Below the pieces are notes generated by a model. It was not told where the DNA came from. It searched no databases and worked only from the letters and a program-made list of their open reading frames with translations. Both the position numbers and the translations under genes were made by a program. 64,000 bases of DNA from Gemmatimonadota bacterium (lineage in GTDB: Bacteria > Gemmatimonadota > Gemmatimonadetes > Palauibacterales > Palauibacteraceae): the NCBI GenBank assembly GCA_963666735.1, contig OY762926.1:3200001-3264000 (forward strand), written 5' to 3'. This document shows, piece after piece, positions 56,423-64,000 of the stretch (position 1 is the stretch's first letter; the number at the start of each line of letters is the position of its first letter).

Positions 56423-57376
56423 ATGACCCACCGCGTCGTCTCGCTCATCGCCAGCGCGACGGAGATCGTGTGCGCCCTCGGCTTCGAGGACGAACTCGTG
56501 GGCCGCTCCCACGAATGCGACTACCCGCCCGGCGTCGAGCGCCTCCCCGCCTGCTGCTCCTCGAAGGTGAAGGTGGAGGCGAGCAGCAAGGAGATCGACG
56601 ACCAGGTCCGCTCGCTCGTGGGCGACGGACTCTCGGTGTACCGGGTCGATCCGGATCTGCTGAACCGGCTTGCCCCGACCGTCATCGTCACACAGACGCA
56701 GTGCGAGGTGTGCGCCGCCAGCCTGCAGGACGTCGAGCGCGCCGTGTGCGAACTCGTCACCTCGAACCCGGCCATCGTCTCGCTCGAGCCCATGGCGCTG
56801 GGGGATGTCTGGAAGGACATCCGCGCCGTCGCCTCCGCGCTCGGGGAGCCGGCCCGCGCCGACGAACTCGTGGCTCGGCTGACGGCCCGTCTCGATGCGC
56901 TCCGCGCCCGCGCGCGATCCCTGGAGTCCCGTCCCTCGGTGGGCTGCATCGAGTGGACCGACCCGCTGATGATGGCGGGGAACTGGGTCCCGGAACTGGT
57001 GGAGATCGCCGGCGGCACGGACCCGCTCGGTGAAGCCGGAAAGCACTCCGGCTACGTGGATATCGAGCGCCTCGTAGAGGCCGATCCCGACGTGATCGCG
57101 ATCATGCCGTGCGGCTTCGACATCGAACGCGCCCGCCGCGAGATGACGGCCCTCGTCACACGCCCCGAGTGGGAACAGTTGTCCGCCGTGCGCAACGGAC
57201 GCGTCGTGATGACGGACGGGAACCAGTACTTCAACCGCCCCGCCCCCCGCGTGGTCGAGTCGGCCGAGATCCTCGCCGAATGCCTGCACCCGGACCACTT
57301 CGACTTCGGCCATTTCGGCCGCGGCTGGACCTGGTGGGAGACATCTGAACCGTCTCGGAGACGGCGCACGGGTTAG
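56423..57376 (+). CDS. btuF: Cobalamin/Fe-siderophore-type substrate-binding protein (BtuF-like)
   Basis: RVVSLIASATEIV, GRSHECDYP, TQTQCEVC, GNWVPE, PCGF, NRPAPR; no signal peptide. Confidence 0.8.
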   Translation: MTHRVVSLIASATEIVCALGFEDELVGRSHECDYPPGVERLPACCSSKVKVEASSKEIDDQVRSLVGDGLSVYRVDPDLLNRLAPTVIVTQTQCEVCAASLQDVERAVCELVTSNPAIVSLEPMALGDVWKDIRAVASALGEPARADELVARLTARLDALRARARSLESRPSVGCIEWTDPLMMAGNWVPELVEIAGGTDPLGEAGKHSGYVDIERLVEADPDVIAIMPCGFDIERARREMTALVTRPEWEQLSAVRNGRVVMTDGNQYFNRPAPRVVESAEILAECLHPDHFDFGHFGRGWTWWETSEPSRRRRTG

Positions 57377-57404
57377 CGACTTTGTTCTCCCGGAGGAGAG
57401 GAAC

Positions 57405-58979
57405 ATGGGCTCAAGATCGATTGTCGCGGCGGCTTCCTTCCTGTCCTTCCTCTCCCTGCCGGGTTCGGCGGTCTCCCAGGAGGCCTCCACGCCGCTCGCC
57501 ATCGTCGGGGCGACGATCATCGACGGACACGGCGGCGCCCCCATCGCCGATGGGACCCTCGTCATCGAGGGCGACCGTATCACTGCGGTGGGTCCGAGCG
57601 CGGACGTCGCAGTCCCCGGCGGCGCGGAGGTGATCGACGGGAGCGGCAAGTTCGTCACGCCCGGCTTCGTGGACACCAACGTCCACATGTCGCTCGCCTT
57701 CGGTCGCGGGCCGCGGGTCGAGGAACACGCGGCGTACTGGGCGCACCACGAGCAGGTCATCCTCCAGGGGCTCCAACTCCACCTGAAGCACGGGGTGACG
57801 ACCGTCCGGGACAGCTACGGCGTCCTGCGTCCCATGCAGCGGGTCAAGAAGAAGATCGATTCCGGAGAGGAGATCGGCCCGCGGACGTATCTCGCCGGCA
57901 ACATCGTGGGCTGGGGCGGCCCCGCCTCGGAGACTTTCGCCGGGCTCCCCGAGTCGGAGATCAGCTTCTTCGCCGAGCAGATGAACGACGAGGTCACGCT
58001 GGGGAGCGGGGAAGAGATGATGCACATGACGCCGGACGAGCTGCGCGTCGCGATCAATTCCTACCTCGATCACGGGCCCGACTTCATCAAGTACGGCGCC
58101 ACGCACCACTTCAATTATCCCGCCGGAATCTCGTTCTCGCCGCGCGCCCAGCGGGTGATCGTCGAGGAGACGCACAAGCGCGGCCTCGTGGCCGAGACCC
58201 ACGCCACGAGCCTCGAAGGCCTGCGTCTCTCGATCCTCGCCGGGATCGATCTCATCCAGCACCCGGACAACGTCGGGAACCGCACGATCACCGATGAACT
58301 CGTCGACATGATCGTAGAGCGCGACATCGTGTGCTCGATGCTCATCAACCAGTTCACGGGCCCCAGCTGGCAGTTCCACGTCCGCAACATGGAGCGCGCG
58401 CGGGAGGACCTCGCCGAGGCCCAGGCGCGAGAGCGCCAGCGGCGCATCCCTCCGACGACCGCGGAGATCCGCCGCCGCGTCCAGGACACCGGTCTTCCGC
58501 AACCGGGATCCGTGATGGAGGGGCGCTATACGACGAAACGGACAAACGCGAAGAAGCTCATCGACGCCGGCTGCATCGTGACCGTCGGCACGGACAACAC
58601 GCTGTTCGGGCGCGGGGGCGTGGCGGCGGACTTCCTGCGCGAGGAGCCCGAGAACATGGAGCACCAGCTGCCCGGCCTGGGCACGATCTTCGCGATCGAG
58701 GGGCTGGTCGAACTCGGCATGACGCCGTCCGAGGCGATCGTCGCCGCGACGAAGAACGGAGCCATCGCGAGCAAGGCGCTCGACGAGTACGGCACGCTCG
58801 AGGCGGGGAAGGCCGCGGACATCCTCTTGCTCGACGCGAATCCGCTGGCCGACATCGCGAACATCCGGCGCCTCGGGATGGTGATAAAGGGCGGCCGGAT
58901 CGTGGACATCGACGCGCTCCCCACGAACCCGACCGCGCTCGACTGGGTCGCCGGGGCGCCGAAGGGCTCCCGTCCCTAG
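57405..58979 (+). CDS. Secreted amidohydrolase family protein
   Basis: Signal peptide, PGFVDTNVH, GVTTVRD, VGTDN, GTLEAGKAADILLLDANPL. Confidence 0.9.
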   Translation: MGSRSIVAAASFLSFLSLPGSAVSQEASTPLAIVGATIIDGHGGAPIADGTLVIEGDRITAVGPSADVAVPGGAEVIDGSGKFVTPGFVDTNVHMSLAFGRGPRVEEHAAYWAHHEQVILQGLQLHLKHGVTTVRDSYGVLRPMQRVKKKIDSGEEIGPRTYLAGNIVGWGGPASETFAGLPESEISFFAEQMNDEVTLGSGEEMMHMTPDELRVAINSYLDHGPDFIKYGATHHFNYPAGISFSPRAQRVIVEETHKRGLVAETHATSLEGLRLSILAGIDLIQHPDNVGNRTITDELVDMIVERDIVCSMLINQFTGPSWQFHVRNMERAREDLAEAQARERQRRIPPTTAEIRRRVQDTGLPQPGSVMEGRYTTKRTNAKKLIDAGCIVTVGTDNTLFGRGGVAADFLREEPENMEHQLPGLGTIFAIEGLVELGMTPSEAIVAATKNGAIASKALDEYGTLEAGKAADILLLDANPLADIANIRRLGMVIKGGRIVDIDALPTNPTALDWVAGAPKGSRP

Positions 58980-59112
58980 CATCCGGCCTTCAACCCAGGG
59001 AACGGAGATCTCTGCCCGCGCGTTCCTTGATTCCGATCTTTCGTCGTGCCCCCGTTACCCCGTATAGTGTCCGCCACCCAGCCTGCGACTCGCCAAGTTC
59101 GCGGCTCGAAAG

Positions 59113-60249
59113 ATGAAAACATTGGGAGCCCTCACGCGAGGGCCGGGATCACTTGTAATGACAACGGCATCACGCTGGACCGAACTCAGCGTTCAGAACT
59201 TCCGCGGGCTCTCGGAGCTGCGGCTCGAAGGCTTCGGGATTTTCAACGTTCTGTTGGGCGCCAACGACGTCGGCAAGACGTCCGTCCTAGAGGCCATCTT
59301 CCTGCTGGCTGGTCTTGGTAATCTGGAACTTCCGATCCGGATCCAGAATTTTCGCAACTTCATCGTTCCCGATATCGAAGGGTTCGGTTTGCTCCTTCAT
59401 GGCCTCGATTCCGACTCGCACGCGACTCTGGCGGCCCACTCCGCGGACGGGTCCCGCCGGACCTTAGAGCTTTCTACGCCCCGGGACGCTTCGATCGTCG
59501 ACCCTGATCCCCCCTCCAGTGGCGATCGGCGGCTGAGTCAGTCTGCTTTCTCCACCCCCATGGGCCGTCGCGCCTTGGGATACACCGGCTCTGTCACGCC
59601 GAACACCTCCGACGACCCGATCGAATTCTCGGGCACCCTGACGATGAACAGCGATGGGTTCGAACGGAAAATGGATCCTGGGCACGCGTCAGAGCACATC
59701 CTACCGGCAAGGTATCTCGCCCCTAACGCCAGTTACGACGCGAAGCTCATTTCAGACGTAGCTGTCCACAAGAAAGCTGCCGAGTTGGTCGAGTACCTTC
59801 AAATCATCAATCCAGCTGTCACAGACCTTACTTCCGATGGAAATCTCGCGTACGCTGACATTGGGCTCCCAACGATGCTGCCGCTAAACATGCTCGGTAC
59901 CGGTATGAGTCGGGCAACGGCAATGATCACACCCTGCCTATTAGACAACAGCCGCATTCTGATGATTGATGAAATCGAAAACGGACTTCATTATCGCGCA
60001 ATCCCACCGCTGTTAGAGATCCTCCTGCGCGTCTCGTACGAGCGGAACATGCAAATGTTTATTACGACACATAGTCGCACCGTTCTCGAAGATCTGTATT
60101 CTGTGTTGCAACGTGAGGAGTGTGAGCTGTATAGGGAGGGAAGTTCCAGCTACGCGCTTCAACGTGAACAGAACGACATTGTCGGGGTCTACCGCTACGG
60201 ATACTCAGATCTTGAGTATGCATTGAAACACGATATCGAGATCAGATGA
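59113..60249 (+). CDS. ABC-type ATPase of the AAA_15/AAA_21 class (defence/TA-associated)
   Basis: VQNFRG, Walker A GANDVGKTS, signature-like LGTGM, Walker B ILMIDEIENGLH, H-loop ITTHS; lower GC. Confidence 0.9.
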   Translation: MKTLGALTRGPGSLVMTTASRWTELSVQNFRGLSELRLEGFGIFNVLLGANDVGKTSVLEAIFLLAGLGNLELPIRIQNFRNFIVPDIEGFGLLLHGLDSDSHATLAAHSADGSRRTLELSTPRDASIVDPDPPSSGDRRLSQSAFSTPMGRRALGYTGSVTPNTSDDPIEFSGTLTMNSDGFERKMDPGHASEHILPARYLAPNASYDAKLISDVAVHKKAAELVEYLQIINPAVTDLTSDGNLAYADIGLPTMLPLNMLGTGMSRATAMITPCLLDNSRILMIDEIENGLHYRAIPPLLEILLRVSYERNMQMFITTHSRTVLEDLYSVLQREECELYREGSSSYALQREQNDIVGVYRYGYSDLEYALKHDIEIR

Positions 60250-60290
60250 TGCCCGCGACGTGGAAAGTGTTTGTGGAGGGGAAGGCGGAT

Positions 60291-61540
60291 CGGAACCTGC
60301 CAACGAATGTGAGACACTTTCCGATTCAGTTTAGTGAGGCCTCCTTCCTCCCGTTGGCCGACTCCGATCCATCAACCGGCGTGACGGGGAGTGCGCGGTT
60401 GATCCAGACTTCCTCCGGGAGTTCCACAGCCCTCGGCGGGCCGACGACGAAGCGGTCGGGGCGGGCGGCGTAGGCCGCGGCCAGCACGTTCCGCCGTTGC
60501 TCGATCACCTCGGGGGCGCGGCCGAGGTGGACCTGCTCGGGGGTGAGCAGGCCGATGCCGCCGTGGCGGTGTTGGGTGTTGTACCACTGGAAGAACTCCC
60601 GGCAGAAGTCCTTCGCCTCCTCGATGCAGCCGAACCGACCGGGGAAGCCCGGGTGATACTTGAGGGTCTTGAAGTGCGCCTCCGAGTACGGGTTGTCGTT
60701 CGAGACCCTGGGGCGGCCCAGCGACTGCGTGACGCCCAGGTCGGCCAGGAGCTGCGCCGTGCACTTGGCCGTCATGGGGGATCCCCGATCCGAGTGCAGC
60801 GTGAGGACCCGGGGCCGCACACCGTGCCTGAGACACGTCTCGCCGACCAAGTGTCCGGCCAGGCCTGCGGTCTCGCGCTCCGCCACCATCCATCCGGTGA
60901 CGTAGCGGCTGTAGATGTCCAGGATCACGTACAGATAGAAGTACCGCCACTTCTCCGGCGCCAGCAGCCGGGCGATGTCCCAAGACCACACCTCGTTCGG
61001 TGCCTTGGCCACCACCTCGGGCTTCGGGTGGTTGGGATGGCTGCGCTGAGCCCGGCGCTCGCGGACCGCCCGGTTCTCGGCCAGGATCCGGTACATCGTC
61101 CGCTCCGAACACAGATAGACGCCCTCGTCCAGCAGCGTCGCGTACACCTCCGCCGGCGCGCGGTCGGCGAAGCGCGGCGAGCACAGCACGCCGAAGACCT
61201 CCGCCCGCTCCGCCGCGTCCAGGGCCCGGGCGGGAGCCGGCCGGGGCCGCCGCCGCCCGGTCTTCGGCCTCCGGCGACGGTAGAACGTGGCGCGCGCGAC
61301 CCCGAGGGCCTCGCACGCCGCGCGTACGCCCACGTGCCCGGCCAAGCCTCCGGCCGCGCTCAAGAGCGCTTCCCGTCCCCGGGGCTCACGCCCGGCAGCC
61401 CCGCAACTTTTCCCTGGACATCGATGATGATGCGCGCCTTGCGGAGTTCCTCGCGCAACCGCGCGTTCTCCCGCTCCAGCTTCCGCACCCTCCTCGCCTC
61501 ACGCTTCCCGCCCGAGGGCTTCGGTCCGCGTCTCTTCGCC
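60291..61540 (-). mobile_element. Truncated IS3-family element (orfB intact, 5' part of orfA and its IR lost); outer end at about 60291-60308
   Basis: End sequence CGGAACCTGCCAACGAATGTGAGACAC; orfA remnant ends RIIIDVQGKVAGLLG-like at about 61360-61540. Confidence 0.8.
60326..61363 (-). CDS. IS3-family transposase OrfB
   Basis: VWSWDI, ILDIYSRY, LHSDRG, SNDNPYSEAHFKTLKY, WYN..HRH. Confidence 0.92.
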   Translation of the reverse strand: MSAAGGLAGHVGVRAACEALGVARATFYRRRRPKTGRRRPRPAPARALDAAERAEVFGVLCSPRFADRAPAEVYATLLDEGVYLCSERTMYRILAENRAVRERRAQRSHPNHPKPEVVAKAPNEVWSWDIARLLAPEKWRYFYLYVILDIYSRYVTGWMVAERETAGLAGHLVGETCLRHGVRPRVLTLHSDRGSPMTAKCTAQLLADLGVTQSLGRPRVSNDNPYSEAHFKTLKYHPGFPGRFGCIEEAKDFCREFFQWYNTQHRHGGIGLLTPEQVHLGRAPEVIEQRRNVLAAAYAARPDRFVVGPPRAVELPEEVWINRALPVTPVDGSESANGRKEASLN

Positions 61541-61627
61541 TGGGCTTACCCCGTTTTAGTGGACAGGTGAAAGTGGTGGTTTCCTCCATTCTCGCCACCT
61601 CGCGGGAGAGGGCCGCGGCCCGGGGGG

Positions 61628-62479
61628 TCACGCCGCCTCTCCTTTCTCGCGCGCCTCGAAGCTGGCGGGCGACTCGTAGCCGAGGCTCGAGTGCCGCCGG
61701 CGCGGGTTGTACCAGCCCTCGATGAACCGGAACACCCCCCGGCGGGCCTCGCCGGGCGTCCGGAACGAGCGCCGCCAGATCAGTTCGCACTCCAGCGTGG
61801 CGAAGAACGACTCGCACATGGCGTTGTCGTAAGCGTCGCCCACCGAGCCCATCGAGGGCCTGACCCCGGCCCTCCGGCAGCGCCCGCCGAAGGCGTAGGA
61901 CGTGTACTGGCTGCCTTGGTCGCTGTGGTGGATCACCCCGTCGGGGCGCCGCTGCGCCAGCGCCATGTCGAAGGCATCCAGCACCAGGGACGTCCTCAGG
62001 TGCGTCGCCATCGACCAGCCCACGATGCGGCGGCTCCAGGCGTCGAGCACGACGGCCAGATAGAGGAAGCCCGCCCAGGTCGGCACGTACGTGATGTCGG
62101 CCACCCAGAGTTCGTCGGGTCCGGAGGCCGAGAAGTCTCGGTCCACGAGATCCGGCGCGGGCCTGGACTTCGCGGCCCGCTTCGTCGTACTGCCCTTGCG
62201 GCGCCGGCTCACCCCTTCGATCTCCGCCGCCCGCATCAGCCGCGCCACCCGGCCCACACCCGCCTCGCGGCCCCGCGCCTTGAGTTCCGCATGGACCCGC
62301 GGCGCCCCGTACGTCCCCCCGCTCATGGCGTGGATCTCGACGATCTCCGCACTGAGCGCCTCGTTCTCCCGCGCCCGCCGAGACGGCTCCCGCGTCCGCC
62401 ACGCATAGTACCCGCTCGGGGAGAGACCCAGCAGGCGGCACATCACGCGCACGGGATACATGGCCTGGTGATCGCTCAC
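61628..62479 (-). CDS. IS3 transposase OrfB
   Basis: WVADITY, HHSDQGSQY, DNAMCESFF, WYNPRRRHSSLGY. Confidence 0.93.
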   Translation of the reverse strand: MSDHQAMYPVRVMCRLLGLSPSGYYAWRTREPSRRARENEALSAEIVEIHAMSGGTYGAPRVHAELKARGREAGVGRVARLMRAAEIEGVSRRRKGSTTKRAAKSRPAPDLVDRDFSASGPDELWVADITYVPTWAGFLYLAVVLDAWSRRIVGWSMATHLRTSLVLDAFDMALAQRRPDGVIHHSDQGSQYTSYAFGGRCRRAGVRPSMGSVGDAYDNAMCESFFATLECELIWRRSFRTPGEARRGVFRFIEGWYNPRRRHSSLGYESPASFEAREKGEAA

Positions 62480-62784
62480 GAACCGGAACCCCCCCGGGGG
62501 ATCGATCCGCTCTCCTTGGCGAACCAGGCCGTGGCTTTTGCCAATATGTCGCGCTCGATCTTCACCCGGCGAAGCTCGCGCTTCAGTTCCCGGACTTCCT
62601 TGCGCTCGACCGTCGTCAGACCGTCGGTGCGACGCCCCTCGTCCAGGTCGGCCCGCTCCACCCAGCGCCGGATCGCCGTCGCCGAGGGCTCGAACTCGCG
62701 AGCCAGCCGGTCCGCGCTCCGTCCCGCACGGACCAGTTCCACCATCCGCGCCTTGTACTCCGGCGCGTATCTCCGTCCCGACAT
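62476..62784 (-). CDS. IS3 transposase OrfA
   Basis: GAGGAGG RBS, MSGRRYAPEYK ... ERDILAKATAWFA. Confidence 0.9.
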   Translation of the reverse strand: MSGRRYAPEYKARMVELVRAGRSADRLAREFEPSATAIRRWVERADLDEGRRTDGLTTVERKEVRELKRELRRVKIERDILAKATAWFAKESGSIPRGGSGS

Positions 62785-63241
62785 GTGACACCTCCTCGTT
62801 GTGACCAACGCTCAAAGGTGTCCACCAAATCGGGGTAACTCCACAAGAGTGACTTGGGATTGACGATCGAGCGATCGTTCTGGTTGCCGAACGACGTGGG
62901 TCCCGGATGCTTGGAGACGCTGCTGGAAGGAGTGGCGGTTGAAGGGCACCATGGAGTGTTCAGTTGCTTGGATCAGTACGTAGAGTGTCTCGACGGGTTC
63001 GGTCGTGGATACGAGGGGCCGACGGGAAAGGGACGAATCTACGCGTATTGCGAAGCGGTTGATGCGGAGCGAAGGGAAGAACAACGCGACTACATGAATG
63101 ACGAACATTGGGATCTCAATGCGAGTGTTCTGGAGCCCTTGCGAGCGTTCTTGGGTGGGCTGACCTGACAGAAAGCGACGAGCAGGCGCTGGATTGTACA
63201 AGTGTGGTATGTACAAATACGGTAATCACCTGACACCCGGC

Positions 63242-63367
63242 CTCGCCGACATCTCGAACATCCGACGCCTCGGGCTGGTGATAATGGGCGGCCGGATCGT
63301 CGACATCGACGCGCTCCCCACGAACCCGATCGCCCTCGACTGGTCCGCCGGGGCGCCGAAGAGGTAG
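63242..63367 (+). repeat. Diverged copy of the amidohydrolase 3' end
   Basis: 63242-63361 matches 58845-58964 at 110/120 nt and ends in its own TAG. Confidence 0.95.
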
Positions 63368-63394
63368 CGTTGCGGCTCGGCCGTTAGTGTTAGT

Positions 63395-64000
63395 TCAGGG
63401 CATCAGGGGCAGCAGCACGTGCGAGGCGTTTCCCGCCTCGTGGTGGACCGTGTTGTTCGCGACGCGCCACCGGCGGTCGCGCGGATTCCCCGTGTTCCGG
63501 TTGATGTCGAAGTTGGGGAAGCTGCTGCTGTAGACGTCGACCCGGATGCGGTGTCCCGCCTTGAAGAGGTTGGCGGCGGGTTCAAGCGGGAACTCGAGCC
63601 GGTAGACGTCGCCCTCCTCCATGAGCACCGACTGCTCGAACCCGTCCCGGTAGCGCGCGCGCAGGATCCCCTCGGAGACCGGGAACGCGTATCCGCTCGG
63701 GTAGTCCGGGCTCGTCGGATGGACGTCGAGGAGCTTCACGTAGAAGTCCGTGTCCGGCGCGTCGGATGAGATGAAGAGGACCGCCGTGATATCTCCGGCG
63801 ATCGTCAGATCTTCGGGGAGCGGCGCGGTGTGGAACACGAGCACGTCCGGACGGGAGGCGATCGGCATGCCGGGGATGCCGTGGCCGGGCAGCGTCTCCA
63901 TCTCGATCTGGTCGCGCGGGCCCATCCCCTGGAATCCGAACTCCAGCGCCGGCCCGTAGGCCACGATGCAGCGGCCGTTGCTGGAGACCGTATTGCGCGG
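63395..64000 (-). CDS. CocE/NonD family hydrolase, C-terminal part (partial)
   Basis: RPDVLVF, SSDAPDTDF, GILRARYR, GHRIRVDVYSSSFPNFDINRNTG. Confidence 0.9.
   Translation of the reverse strand, partial: PRNTVSSNGRCIVAYGPALEFGFQGMGPRDQIEMETLPGHGIPGMPIASRPDVLVFHTAPLPEDLTIAGDITAVLFISSDAPDTDFYVKLLDVHPTSPDYPSGYAFPVSEGILRARYRDGFEQSVLMEEGDVYRLEFPLEPAANLFKAGHRIRVDVYSSSFPNFDINRNTGNPRDRRWRVANNTVHHEAGNASHVLLPLMP

Larger units (their letters stand above)
61541..62843 (-). mobile_element. IS3-family element (1303 bp), relative of the 1336-bp IS; no target duplication
   Basis: IRs TGGGCTTACCCCGTTTTAGTGGACA / TGGAGTTACCCCGATTTGGTGGACA; flanks GCC vs CAA. Confidence 0.93.
60246..63168 (+). pseudogene. DUF3226/TOPRIM-like partner gene disrupted by IS elements with internal deletion
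   Basis: N-terminus WKVFVEGKAD (60246-60290) overlaps the ATPase stop; C-terminal part FWLPND..GCLETLL ... WDLNASVLEPLRAFL (62846-63168). Confidence 0.75.

Overview
High-GC bacterial chromosomal window. The gene repertoire (alternative complex III, several 6-bladed beta-propeller lipoproteins, amidohydrolases, CocE/NonD hydrolase) suggests a Gemmatimonadota-like organism; this is inference only. Core segments: TonB-dependent receptor, PBP1B and a His-rich metal-homeostasis cluster (1-8.3 kb); MscS, amidohydrolase, acyltransferase, YVTN propeller, MBL hydrolase and sucA (8.4-19.3 kb); an actABCDEF alternative complex III operon (25.5-33.1 kb); a six-tRNA operon (33.4-34.1 kb); sahR-ahcY, tRNA-Pro(GGG), putative cobalamin uptake genes and an amidohydrolase (53-59 kb). 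Three accessory regions with no visible integrase interrupt the core. (i) 19.3-25.0 kb, between sucA and a convergent gene: diverged copies of the 3' ends of both flanking genes are fused back-to-back in the middle, separating two cargo blocks. (ii) 34.1-53 kb, after tRNA-Pro(CGG): an MmeI-like RM enzyme, a DUF5677-like protein, an HhH-GPD glycosylase, beta-propellers and more than ten toxin-antitoxin genes or fragments, with toxins often deleted and antitoxin HTH domains fused in frame to cargo. (iii) 59-63.4 kb: an ABC-ATPase plus DUF3226/TOPRIM-like pair wrecked by nested IS3 elements and closed by a 120-bp diverged copy of the upstream gene's 3' end. Four IS3-family elements are present, two of them apparently identical 1336-bp copies. 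The most striking unexplained signal is the recurrent duplication of host gene 3' ends around cargo, which suggests cassette accretion without an integrase. No CRISPR array, rRNA or reverse transcriptase was seen.
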